Shown here piece after piece: positions 49,891-63,062 of a stretch of DNA of 64,000 nucleotides. A program made the position numbers and the translations under genes. This DNA comes from Somniosus microcephalus (lineage: Eukaryota): NCBI GenBank assembly GCA_052327205.1, contig CM126223.1, positions 49,104,001 through 49,168,000 on the forward strand. The letters run 5' to 3'. The stretch's first letter is position 1; every line of letters starts with the position of its first letter. The notes below the pieces were generated by a model. It ran no database searches. It had not been told where the DNA came from and saw nothing but the letters and a program-made list of their open reading frames with translations.

Positions 49891-52189
49891 TAGCCTTCGT
49901 CCTCCGTTTTCCTTTCTTCATTGCAGCCGGAGGGTCTTGACCACTGCTCACTGAGCAAATACGGGGTCAGCTTGGCTCAGCTGGTAGCACTCTCGCCTCC
50001 CAGTTCAAAGTTTGGTGGGTTCGAGCTCCATGCCATGATTTGAGCACATAATCTGGGCAGATGCTGTAGTGCCGCACTGCCGGGGGTGCCGCACTTTTGA
50101 GGCGATGTTAAACCAAGACCCTGTAAAGATCTGGGAAGTAACTCCGTGTATGAAGTGATTTGAGATGTTTAGGTGATGAGGCGCCATATAAATGCGAGTT
50201 ATTTCTTTTAAATTGCTTTTATTTACGAGGCACCGCAGAGGAATATCCATCTCCGGCTCCCTCTGACCCCGTGAGCTTCTCTTTTTTGTCCTGGCCTTGA
50301 CCGAGTATGCATTAGTGAAATGCAAAACTGAGGGAACCAACTCCAGGTGTTTAAACTTGCTGCAATGGGAGGTGCTTTAATGGAGAACGATGTCATTAGC
50401 TACGTTTGTGTTGCTGTGGCTCCATTAGCAAAGCCAGTAAGCTCACCCTGATATCCTGCCGTGCGTTGGGAACTCACCCTGATATCACGCCCGCTGCGGG
50501 AGCATCATGCATTGCGACCTGGCGAGCACTAGAGCAATACGCACGCCACTGTCGCCCCACCTTTGCTGTACGCTGCCATCAGCCTTGGGCCAAATCAGGG
50601 TCATTTATGTTGGGTGCAGCTGTCCTGAGACAGCCATTTCTCCTCCAATGTAAACAGCACCCAGAGCCTAAAGCTATAAGGGCACAGATTCCAACTGGTG
50701 AACAGATAGCTTGCTTTATAGTGTCTGGTGCATGTGGTGATTCAGGTGGACGCACCCCTGTAAACTGAGGCTGTGTTCGCTCTTTCGGGGAGTTTGCTCC
50801 CAACATGCGGGGCTTTATTCTGAGTCCTATGGTTTCTGAGCAGAAGATTTTCACTGAGATGCTTTTTCCCTCTGCACTCACCCACCAACAGAATCCCCCC
50901 CTTTCTGCCACCTCTCAACTAATTTCTAAATCTATTTGAAGTTGCTGCAATGCTATACTAGGGGATTGATGGGATTTGGTGGGGGCTGGACCTGGGCAAA
51001 GTAAGGGGAATGAGTCAGCAATGGATTTTAATGTGTGTAAATTTATAGTAATTTACATTTGAACTAGAAACACAAGTACAGAAAGAAAATAACAGCTGTT
51101 CATTCCCAGATTGTAGGTATGGTTACTGACCAGTCTCTGTAGGTATCCAGTGGGTTATCAATAATGCAGTGCTGGGATGCATCTCGCCAGCATTTAACTA
51201 CAGGCTGAAGCAGGTTATTTAAACACTGTATAGTTTGCTGGCACGGTCACATTTCAAAAGCTGGGTGTGGAATTTTCGAAACCCGATCTTCACAAGGTAG
51301 GAGATTGTTGACGTTCAGAGAACAAGACATGAGCCCAGCACTTGGGGCCTGTAAGTTAGGAATTCATGGAAATGTTTTTGTATTTAACAGATTGTGCATG
51401 CAGAGCCTGAACATGAAGCAACAAAAGTTTGGGTGGTTTTAATTGTACAGCTTAGTATAAATAAAGTGTGTGAAAACCTGGCCAATTACTTGGGTAGTCT
51501 GGATTTGAATAATTAAACAGATGATTTGAATAATTAAAGTGCAACAAGTGGGCATTGATGAATGTGCAAGTGAGGGTAAACTGTTGCAGGGTATCGAATT
51601 ACTCTGCTCAGCTCTGCTTGTAGGGGAGTGGCATTAGAAGATTCAAAGCCACAAGCACAGCACCAAAGCTCTGTTTTACAGAAGCTTTGCTGCAGCTCAG
51701 CCGTGAAACAGAGCAAGAGATGCAATGCCTGGTTCATTTTAAAACCTGTGCATCTGAATAACCTTAATTTTACCTTTTTAATCTCCTTTCAGTAAGGAGA
51801 AAATAAATTGGAGTGCTTTGTGTGTTTTTAACCTTTTTTAGTGAAAAGGTTAACTTGGAAAAGAAAAAGGCCTGGATCACGATATGGCATTTGATTTTGG
51901 AACAAGTTCCTTGTAGGCTACTCTCGGGGTTTTGTATTTTCATTTCTCAATCCTGATTTCCACCTATCGCCCCAAAAAAGAGAAATCCACTTGCCCAACA
52001 CTGCTTCAGAGGGGAGGAGTGACGGAGACTCTGGATCTAACGAGAAAGTCGTGGCCAAGTCGACCGAAGATGCACTTTCTTCAGTTGTGAGCTGATCGGC
52101 AGGATGCGGCACTTCTGGTACCGGCTGAGCGTCGGCTCATCTGCCGTGCACCGAGCGAGTGAGAGGCCTCACCAAACTGCTCCGTCATG

Positions 52190-52563
52190 AGGTAGAATCA
52201 CACAGCTCAGAAGGAGGCCATTCGGCCCACCGTGCTGTGCCAGCTCTTTGAAAGAGCTCTCCCATTAGTCCCACTCGCCCTGCTCGTTCCCCAGAGCCCT
52301 GCAAATGTTTCCTTTTCAAGTATTTATCCAATTCTCTTTTGAAAGTTATTATTGAATCTGCTTCCACCGCCCTTTCAGGCAGCGTGTTCCAGATCACCAC
52401 AACTCACTCTGGTTCTTTTGCCAATTATCTAATCTGTGTCCTCTGGTTACCGACCCTCCTGCCACTGGAAACAGTTTCTCCTCATTTACTTTATCAGAAC
52501 CCCTCATAAATTTGAACAGCTCTGTTAAATGTCCCCTTAACCTTCTCTACTCTAATGAGAACA
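52190..52563 (-). mobile_element. CR1 3' fragment
   Basis: VIWNTLPERAVEADSIITFKRELDKYL on the minus strand. Confidence 0.85.
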
Positions 52564-53504
52564 TGCACTGTTTGATTTTTTTAAAGTTGTAGCTTTGTGT
52601 ATTTTCAATTGAATGAGATGTTTATGTTTGATGATGATGGTATGAACTTATAGCTTGCTGTCGGCACTTCAGATCAATGTCCAGTACTTCGGTATAAAAG
52701 GATTCAGCATTTCATTTCCTTTTTCCTTCCCCAATTTCTTTTGTGGTTCCCTCCTCCGCCTCCCGACCGCACCTGTCCTCATCCAGAAGGGAAGCCAGGT
52801 GACTCCTTTCAATAACTGCAGGTCCTGCTTTTGATTTGGCCTCTAGGAGCCGCTCCAGCGTGATTCGTTCTCACTTGGTCCCACTGGGGTAAGCAGTTGG
52901 TCCCCATTTATTGGTCTCCCCACTTACAGCCCCTGTGGGACTTGTATCCTGCTACTCTGATGTAGCATTGACGGATGGCCCAGTGTGTTGGCCCCCTGGT
53001 GCAGTGCCACCTCTAGAACCCTGCATTACAGTCCTTACAGCTAGTGACTAACCCAGCTGTTGTCGGACGTGGCATTTCTCCAATAGAAATATGAATAGCG
53101 TGATGAAATCGCTGGACACATGAAGTTTTTAATTTTTAAAATAGGATAAACCCGCCCATTCCTTCACCAGTTAAGTTTGAAAGTGTCTGCTCTTGTCCTT
53201 TCAGTGTATAACCTTAGTCATACGCTCTTTACTAATATTCTTGTTGATCAGGACCTAGTGGGCATGGAAATACTGAGCCAATGAACCACATTTTAGACGC
53301 CCATTGTTGGAGTACACGGTAGCAGATCAAGACACAATCCCGACACCGCAGTTTACTCAAGAACCCGGGAGTTCTCTGTTCCACCTTGGCAGCTTCATTA
53401 CCCCAAGGCTTGTTGAATCTTTCATTTCTCGTCTCTCGTCTGTTACCTCCACTGATCATCTCCCTCCAATTGTCCAGCTTTTTGCCCTCAGTTTGATGGT
53501 TTGC

Positions 53505-53980
53505 CATATAGAAATTCACAGCACGGAAGGAGGCCATTCGGCCCATCGTGTCCGCGCTGGCCGACAAAGACCTATCCACCCTAATCCCACTTTCTAGCTC
53601 TTGGTCCGTAGCCCTGTAGGCCACGGCACCTCAAGTGCACATCCAAGTTCTTTTTGAATGTGGTGAGAGTTAATGCCTCTACCACCCTTTCAGGCAGTGA
53701 GTTTCAGACCCCCATCACCCTCTGGGTGAATAGATTTCCCCTCAAATCCCCTTGAAACCTCCTACCTTTCACTTTAAATCTATGGCCCCTGGTTGTTAAC
53801 CCCCTCTGCCAAGGGAAACAGTTCCACTCTATCTTGGCCTCTCATCATTTTATACACTTCAATCAAGTCTCCCCTCAGCCTCCTCTGTTCCAAAGAAAAC
53901 AACCCCAGCCTATCCAATCTTTCCTCATAGCTAAAATTCTTCAGTCCTGGCAACATCCTCGTAAATCTCCTCTGTACCCT
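53505..53980 (-). mobile_element. CR1 3' fragment
   Basis: RVQRRFTRMLPGLKNFSYEERLDRLGLFSLEQRRLRGDLIEVYKMM on the minus strand. Confidence 0.88.
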
Positions 53981-55824
53981 CAATATGAACACTAAAAGTT
54001 GGAGTAATCATTCTGAACCGTGACACAGATATTCCAAGGAGCTTCCCATGGAGAACACTTGTTTGATTCGAACTCTTATTGAACTTTGCTACATCTTCAA
54101 GTTATTACTGTATTGTAATCCTGCTTTTAATTGTGGCAGCCTTTAGATACATCTTTTTGAATTGCTTACCTACGAGTTAGACATTTATGTAGAGTTATTA
54201 GCTGCTATGTTTGGCCAAAACACACACCACTGAAATTATTCCAAACTTTCTGTTGCATCTCCTGAGTATCAAGGGACCAGAATTTCACAATTTTTATTTC
54301 TTGTCCAATTTTAGCATTTCATGAAACATTGCATTCTTGGGGCTAATAGCGCAAAGGAAGAGGTTGGGGATAAAAGAGCAATTGGGCGTAAGTGTTGAAT
54401 CGCAGTTGCTGTGAACTGGCCTAAAGACTTCTCCAGAACTTCTGTTCCTGCTGTCTTCAGTTCAGCCAGCGCGAGTGCCCTTGCAAGTTGAGGTGGCAGT
54501 TTCTGCTCACAGGGGAGAACCAGTTTATCTCTTCATAGCTCCTCCCAGCAATGGTGTTGGCCAAAATCAAACTTAAAAGCCAGTGTTGAAGACCATCCTG
54601 ATGGCTCATTGCGGAAGAGCATTCCAGGATGTGGGAATCGGCCGTGCAAGTCTGGATGATCCCAGGTTCGACCCCCTTCATCTGCTTTGTGACTTGGGCT
54701 GGACTGCGATGGTCCCTGCGGAAGAATAGTCTGGTGACGCGAGTCTAGCCGCACGCACGCCTGCGCATGAACGAAAGAGGGTCACTTGGGTAAGGTACTG
54801 GAGGGCTGCTGTGTGTGGAACCACACCCCATCAAGAGTCTTGTGCCTCTGGCAGAGGAGAAGAGAAAGAACAAAATCCACATATTGGTTATCACTGCACA
54901 TCTCAAACAGCCTTGTTTGCGATCTCACATGGAACTAGAAATGTGATTGTTTCTCTCTCTTCCCCATTTGTACTTTAACCCTTTCAGACTCCTCCGCTCA
55001 TGTATTGTCCCTTGGAAAAGAAGAGCCAGACAGGCAACCTACTTCAGGTTCCTGACGATATCAGAAGTTGGCAGGCAGAAGTTGCACAAGAATGCCTCGA
55101 GGTGTATCGCCAATGGGTTTCCTTTACTCGTGAGTAAGGGCTTGCCCTGCTCTCGTTACTATCTCCATGTGGCTTGACACCCAGATTGGAGTGTTGCTTC
55201 TCAATGTATGGCACAATGCGTTTGAGCACCAGTGAGTGACCTGTTCGCCTGATATGCAATCCCCCCCCCCCCCTCCCAAGTACTGACTCCCTGTAAGGTG
55301 TTGCCATCATCTCACAGCCTCCGTCATCTCATCCAGGAGAGGGCAGTCTGTTAACCACTCAATGGTGCTGTGGATACCCCCTCTTTGCCAGTCTGACCAG
55401 CGATGCATGTTCACTCAGGCAAGGCATCCACTTCTTGAGGTGCAATACGTTCCCTTGTGAAGCATGGAATCGAGTGGCCTGGGAGAGGCCACTGACAAAT
55501 AGCCCCAAACCCTCAAATGTAGCACAGTGTGGCTGGCAGTATGTCATTCGCTTTATTACCAGTGGAGTTGCTTTGAATTGTTTGTAAAATTGTAGCCAAG
55601 AAGATTAAAACGGGACCTGAAACTTTTTTTTAGTAACCGTTCTTCCCCTCCCCTCTCTCTAGTGTTGTTTCATTTCCAGCTTAGAGAGTGCAAGTGAGTA
55701 ACTCGTTCCCTAATCCTGTGCTGCTGGTTAATGGTGTTCCCCCTCTTTCTGAAATGCTTTTATCTCCACTTCCCTCAAAACGATTAGCTGTGATTGACAA
55801 CTGAAAGTGAGGAAGAATCACGGT

Positions 55825-56275
55825 GCATTTCTACATTACAACAGTGACTACACTTCAAAAGTACTTCATTGGCTGTAAAGCGCTGTGGGACATCCTGAGG
55901 TGGTGAAAGGCCCCGTCTGCCCCCTCAGGTGGACGTAAACGATCCCACGGCACTATTTCGAAGAAGAGCAGGGGAGTTCTCCCCAGTGTCATGAGGCAAA
56001 TATTTATCCCTCAATCAACATCACAAACATAAAATATTCTGGTCATTATCACATTGCTGTTTGTGGGAGCTCGGTGCCCTGTTCCAATATTTATCCCTCA
56101 ACCAATATAGCAAAAACAGATTATCTGGTATTTATCATATTGCTGTTTGTGGGAGCTTGCTGTGTGCAAATTGGCTGCCGCGTTTCCTACATTACAACAG
56201 TGACTACACTTCAAAAAGTACTTCCTTGGCTGTAAAGCGCTTTGGGACGTCCTGAGGTTGTGAAAGGCGCTCTTT
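55825..56275 (+). mobile_element. Composite/tandem SacSINE1-like fragments
   Basis: Tail, body and tail segments of the same SINE repeated out of order (ctacattacaacagtgactacacttcaaaa twice; aatatttatccctcaa twice). Confidence 0.75.
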
Positions 56276-59200
56276 TTGCATCCATGCACACCAATTGTGA
56301 GCTGTGTAGTTGGTTTCTAACGAGCTGGTGAGCTTTCCTGGCCATTGATGTTTCTGAAAGACTTGCATCCCTTTTGAATGGTGCAGTTTGAGCTGCCTTG
56401 CCCCCTCTTCCCCCCCCGCCCCCCCCCATCCCCGAACCCAAGGCTTTATTTGAAAATGGCCGACAGCAGTCTACGCTTTCATCCTCGTGTAGGGAAATAT
56501 ATTCAGTGCTTCTTCAATATCATGCATATTTCAATATCTTTACAATGTGAGTGTCTCCTGTGTCTTTTGAATCATTGCTTTTTTTTGGGTCTGAAACGTC
56601 ACATGCCGAGGAGAGAGACGTTAGAAGGGGATTAAAACTGTTTTAGTTTTATTACAAAGATGTTTCCCCACAGTTACACCGCACACAGCAGTCTTAAAAG
56701 CCAAATAAAGAAAAAGCTGACGTCAAACCTGTAGAGGAAGAAATTATTTAAACAAATATGACCTTTTTTATTGACAGTTATTCACATTATACGTTTGTGT
56801 GTTGAACATGGAGGGCGGCCGTAGTAATGGGAATGCTTAACCTTTTGACTATTGAAGACAAGTGACAACCTTATATTTTTTTTAAAAAGCACTTGACAAT
56901 GAAATCAAAGTCACCTTTGTGCCTCATTCCATTATGGGTACAGTATTTGAATTGTACATTTTTTTTTTTCTCCCTGCTTTTATACCAAGTATCGCAGTCT
57001 GCCCTTTTAGATGTGGGATGCAATGGTTTTCAGGGTTTAACCCCCCCCCCCCCCCGAGCCTTCCTTGGATTTGAGTTGCTTTTGGACCTTCAGGAGGGGT
57101 GGGAATGGACTGAGACTGCCAGAATGTACTTAACCTTCGGTTGAGTCTTGCTTGGACTTGGTTTTCAACCTGTTGGCCATGCAGAAGCAAATTCATCAGG
57201 ATGTACGTTGCATGGATTTGCATATTTCCAGTGGGTGACAGCGAGTTCTCTTGATAGCTGGATCAAGGAAATATTGTTACAGAAGTTTACAGCGCAGAAG
57301 GAGGCCCATCATGCCCGTGCCGGCTCTCTGAAAGAGCTCTCCAATTAGTCCCACTCCCCTGCCCTTTCCCCAGAGCCCTGCAAATGTTTCCTTCGCAAGT
57401 ATTTATCCAATTCCCCTTCTTTTGTTGGCTTCAAAATATTTGGAACTCGCTACCACAGGGAGTTATGGTGAAGTGAGATAAATACGGGGAGAAAGTAATC
57501 GAAGGATTTGCTGATAGGGTGGGAGGAGGCTCGAGTGGTGCATAAACACTGAAATAGACCAGTTGGGGGGCGGATGGCCTGTTTCTGTGCTGTAAGTTCT
57601 ATGTAATTCTATTTCCACCCGATTTGCATAATGTATATCCTAGAAAACAACTTTGCCTTAACTGAGGCGGGTTCACATTGGATTTTTAAAACTATTTTGA
57701 TACGTGGTGAGTTAGATCCCCTCCCAGCTCTCTGCTTTGTTGATGCACTAGGAAACATCCTGCCCGTTGCCCTCCACTGTCTGCTCGGCCATTTTACAAT
57801 CGGTGTGCTGAATTAGCGATTGACTCCATTCCGTGTCCTGCCGGGAGAAGGGTGGTGGCCCGGCCTAACTGCAGCACTCCCAATGAGTGAGCAGGGGGGT
57901 CTCCCTCGGTGTCCTGGGCCAATCATTATCTGGTCATTATCACATTGCTGTTTGTGGGAGCTTGCTGTGACGCAAATTGGCTGCCGCGTTTCCTACATTT
58001 CAACAGTGACTACACTTCAAAAAGTACTTCATTGGCTGTAAAGCGCTTTGGGACATCCTGAGGCACTATAGAAATGCAAGTTTCTTTTTTACGAAGTTTA
58101 ACCAGTGGTTGTACGGTGGGGTTAGAATCCCCCCTCCTAGTAATACTTGATCAGCACAATGGACACCGCTTTTCCTTACATTCTGTGGGAAGTTAGGTCT
58201 TTCATCAGGGAGCTCAAAACTCCTGGTGCACAGCTGCTGAAGACCGCTGTGGGGGGGGGGGGGGGGGGGGGGGGGCACTGGTCGCGTAACCCAAATCTTT
58301 ATCCAGTACACAGGATCCTCAGGCTTGATAGTAAGCTCTCTTCATCTGCAAGATAATCTTTCTCCTGTCATGTCGCTCTGTATTCCAGCTCAGCAGTCTT
58401 CGCTAGTTAGGATCTGTAAGGGGGGGAAGTGCCACCAAGCTAGCTGTGGTAAAGGTTGCATCAGGCACACAGTTCCTGAAATTAGGGAAGAGGGAATCTG
58501 GTTGGGGTTTCAATTTAAAACCATTTATGCCCATTTCTCCCTCCCCCCCAACTTCATGAAGACTGCTGGACTGAAGAAGGATTGGCAAACGTGAACTGAC
58601 TCCTTGCAAAGTCAGGGAGGCAACCTGCAATGGTGGTCACGTTGTGTTTAAGCTGATGGGGTGAGATGAAATAAGGTGGTAGGATGTTTGTGTGGAGCAT
58701 AAACACCAGCACAGACCAGTTGGGTCGAATGTCCTGTTTCTGTGCTGTAAATCCTAAGTCATTCTTGGCTGGGTGTGAAACAGCAGTTCCACACGCGACA
58801 CGTTTTGTGAGTGGATGAGTCGCAGACTGCAGTTAATAAACACTCAACCATAGCCTGGCAATCTGCAGGTGTAGTCAGAGGCCCCTCCATGCTCCTTTGA
58901 ACTGAAACCTGGTCCCATATTCACAAAACATTACAAGTGAAATTGTTTGTGTGCGTCAGGACCTGCGCACAGGAGGTGTTCCAGTTGCCTTGTGAATATT
59001 GACCAAGGGGTTTGACATTCTCATCTGCTGCATTCTGTCCCTCCTCCTCCCCGCCCCCCAGCTATAAAAGCAACCCTCAATCTTCTGGAAGCTCTAAGCT
59101 GCCTGTGTAATATTTCTTTAATTTACTCGGCATGTGAATGTTGCATGTGTATATATGAGACCCATGTCACGTGAGATCCAATCATTGTGCTGTTAATTCT

Positions 59201-59315
59201 CCAAACAATTAGATTGGAATGTTACATGTACCATAATAAAATTATTAAACCACTTCCACTGATGTTTCTTTTTCATCCAAGGATATTGTGTGGGGGGCGA
59301 GGGGCAAGGAAGAAA

Positions 59316-59704
59316 TCTGGTTGCCAACTCTGGTTAGGTGTATTCCTGGAGGTTGCATCACATGACTACTTGGCCCCGCCCCCACACTCCCGCCATTGGT
59401 CCATCCTCCAGACGCACTACCTTCCCACGGCCAATCGGAAAGCGAACTGACTCTTTGTTACCCAATTGGATTAATCTTGACTCTCAGTCAAACAGCTTCT
59501 CCCCCCCCCCCCCCCCCAACACAAATCACACCTCTCCAATATTATTTTAACTAATAAATTAAAGTGTCCAAAGCAAATGAAAAGACACAATTTTGTTTAA
59601 CGCCCCAATGATTTTTCTCCCGGGTGTTGCTCGCAGCCGTGCCCTGGAGATTAATCTTCAATTCCTGGAGACTCCAGGACAATCCTGGAGGGTTGGCAAC
59701 CCAA
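59316..59704. mobile_element. hAT (Blackjack-like) MITE, second copy of the 39112 family
   Basis: ggttgccaac / gttggcaaccc TIRs; internal sequence homologous to 39112-39463; flanks ggaagaaa / gggggaaa (6/8). Confidence 0.8.
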
Positions 59705-61724
59705 GGGGGAAATGGAGTGTAGTTCCATGCAATTATAAGATGGGGGTCATCTGATCAATGGAGAGCGAGTTCAGTGGACATTGTGCTACCAATGGCTGCC
59801 CTGCCTATTGAAATTTTGGCCACGCTCATTTTTTGGAGTTTACAAATGAGCACGAGTGCTGGTGAGCAAGTTGATGCACCCTCAGGTGGGGTGTGTAAGT
59901 CGAGATGATACCATTTGGCCCTGGTTGTCTCTGAGCTGGAGAAGTGGAATGGCCCCTCCTGATCACTGCCCATTGACCCCCATGCTGGAAAGGGTTTGGC
60001 TGTGGACATTGGCTGCCTCCCACTGTCGAATAGTCCACTGGCATTCACTGCCATACGAATGGGTGGGGTGTCGGCACCTGTGGAACTGGACCCCCAACAA
60101 GAGTCAGGACCTCCATTTGGGGGGGGTGAGAATACAATACTGGAGAGGATGACGAGAAACCTGGACCGTGGTGGGTATGTACGTTGAAGCTAGGGTATGT
60201 GTGATGAGATTTGATACAATTATATCCATCTTGTGTCTCCATAAACCTTCAGGTTCCATCTTTCATATTGCATGATTTTTGTCTCTTTGGAAAGGATAGA
60301 GTGGCTGTATTCTGTGACAGGCTGCTGACTCCTTTTGATAGAGGTGCTGTCTGGGGTAGTGGCCAAAATTTTAATAATTTTATCATAAAAGAATATAATA
60401 CAACAACAGCATCTTGCATTTATATAGCGCCTTCAACGTAGTAAAACGTCCCACGGTGTTTCACAGAAGCGTTCTCAAATAAAATTTTACACCGAGCCAC
60501 ATGAGATATTAGGGCAGGAGATCAAAAGCTTGGTCAAAGGTAGGTTTTAAGGAGCGTCTTAAAGAAGGAGACAGAGAGAATTTCAGAGTTTAGGGCCCAG
60601 GCAGCTGACCTCATCCTGTGAACAACAGTCCTCACCATGAGGTGCTCCCTCTGGTGACCGAGCCTACAAGGGAAACGCTCAACCGATTGGCCACGATCTG
60701 AAGGAAATGGATCAACACTTCAGATGTCATCATTCATGAGAGCTCACCTGGGTAGTCAACCAATTGGTTCACTGGATTTAGTCAGCGAGTTGCTGGACCA
60801 TTCACTGATGTTGGATTCCCAATCTGTGCTGAGCTGTGGCAGGTACTACTATGACATCAGTATCCCTGAACCTGAGAGAGGAAACCTCAGCATGGCTCCC
60901 AACTCCTAGACTCCTGCTCGGAAGTACACAAGTGAGAACAGGATTGGAAAGCAATGGATGAGCCTGCTGGCTCCGTCAGGAAGAATGGTCACTTGGCCAA
61001 GATCAGGAGAGGAGCAAGGCGGGGGAACGAGGAGAGGCGGAAGGTGGCCTGTTTCTGTGCTGTTAATTTCCTACATTACATATATTACTTAAAATTAACA
61101 CACATCATCACCTTGCTCTCGTATAATATTTTGGACTCTTAAGTGAATCAAGGGATATGGGGATTGAGTGGGAAAGTGGAGTTGAGGTCGAAGATCAGCC
61201 ATTGAATGGGGGAGCAGGCTCAAGGGGCCGTATGGCCAACTCCTGCTATTTTATGTTCTTATAATGGTAATCTGCATATCAAATAATCAACACTTCATGT
61301 GGTTTAAAGATTATAAAAGCTTATATAAGACAAGCTTTAGTTTGCAGCTCTGGTTTGGCAGCAATAAATAAGCAGAAAAAGAAACAAGCCAAAGGTCAGT
61401 GTGCAGCAAACAGGGAAATTGGAGTTTAATTAAGATAGCTACTGTACATATTCGAAGTGTTACTTGGCATTTGATGAGTATAGGAGGGACTGGGACAATG
61501 CATCTTTGAGCTAATTTTATATTCTTTGGCCATTAGTTCCCATCGTGTGGGATGTCCTGCAGCTGGGAGCAACAGTAGATGAACTGATGGGATAGTTTAA
61601 GACCAGACGATTTGTGCTGGGTCTTCCCAACTACCTTCTTGGGGTCGACACGTGCTGTTCTAAAGTCTGCAACAGTTTATAACCAAGAAAGACTGAACAG
61701 ACTGGGGCTCTTGAGAGGCTGAAG

Positions 61725-61920
61725 TCCTGGCCAATATTTATCCCTCAACCAACATCACAAAAAAACTGGTCATTATCACATTGCTGTTTGTGGGAGCTTG
61801 CTGTGCGCAAATTGGCTGCCGCGTTTCCTACATTACTACACTTCAAAAGTACTTTATTGGCTGTAAAGAGCTTTGGGATGTTCCTGAGGATGTAAAAGGC
61901 GCTATGGAACTGCAAGTCTT
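61725..61920 (+). mobile_element. SacSINE1-like 3' half
   Basis: gtcctggccaatatttatccctcaacc...gtgggagcttgctgtgcgcaaattggctgccgcg...ggcgcta. Confidence 0.75.
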
Positions 61921-62164
61921 TCCTTACTTCTGCACCAAGTCAGTGACAACATGTGTCACTCACAGCGGGAGAGGATCGGCTTAAATTGTGAGTGCCGCTC
62001 CTTGCTCTCAGTCGCTGCTCTGTAAACCTGGGTAACACTGACCCCTGGTGATGGTAACGTGGCAGTACAAGCCCAACAAGAGAGCGGCCGATCCCTGACA
62101 CAGCAGCTTGAGAACCTGATGTTTATTTATTAATCAATAAAAATGATGAATTTGACTGAGGTTA

Positions 62165-63062
62165 GATAAGAACATAAGAAGTAGGAGCAGGAGTAGGCCA
62201 TACGGCCCCGCTCCACCATTTAATAGGATCATGGCTGATCCGAACCTAGACTCACGTCCACTTCCCTGCCCGCTCCCCATAACCCTTAATTCCCTTATCA
62301 GCTAGGAAACTGTCTATCTTCATTTTAAATTTATTTAATGTCGCAGCTTCCACAGCTCTCTGAGGTAGCAAATTCCATAGATTTACTACCCTCTGAGTGA
62401 AGAAGTTTCTCCTCATCTCAGCTTTGAAACGGCAGCCCCTTATTCTAAGATTATGCCCCCTAGTTCTAGTCTCACCCATCAGTGGAAACACCCTCCCCGC
62501 ATCCACCTGATCAAGCCCCCTCACAATCTTATGTTTCGATAAGATCGCCTCTCATTCTTCTGAATTCCAATGAGTAGAGGCCCAACCTACTCAACCTTTC
62601 CTCATAAGTCAACCCCCTCATCTCCGGAATCAACCGAGTGAACCTTCTCTGAACTGCCTCGAGAGCAAGTATATCTTTTCTTAAATATGGAAACCAAAAC
62701 TGTATGCAGTATTCCAGGTGTGGCCTCACCAGTACCCTGTATAACTGAAGCAAGACTTCCCTGCTTTTATACTCCATCCCCCTTGCAATAAAAGCCAAGA
62801 TTGGCCTTCCTGATCACCTGCTGTACCTGCATACTAACCTTCTGTGTTTCATGCACCAGGACCCCCAGATCCCTTTGTACTGTAGCACTTTGCAGTTTCT
62901 TTCCATTTAGATAATAACTTGCTCTTTGATTTTTTCTGCCAAAGTGCATAACCTCACACTTTCCAACATTTATATTCCATCTGCCAAATTTCTGCCCACT
63001 CACTTAGCCTGTCTATGTCCTTTTGCAGGTTTTTTATGTCCTCCTCACTCACTGCTTTCCCT
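62165..63062 (-). mobile_element. Young CR1 LINE, 3' segment (RT C-terminus and tail)
   Basis: Minus ORFs KCEVMHFGRKN, AFIARGMEYKSREVLLQLYRVLVRPHLEYCIQFW, TRGHNLRIRG...RNFFTQRVVNLWN; ttcttatgttctta tail at 62165. Confidence 0.92.

Noticed and set aside
51502-51538. Short direct duplications (gatttgaataattaaa twice; also 9708-9743 and 50442-50486)
   Set aside because: Ordinary slippage-type micro-duplications with no further structure.
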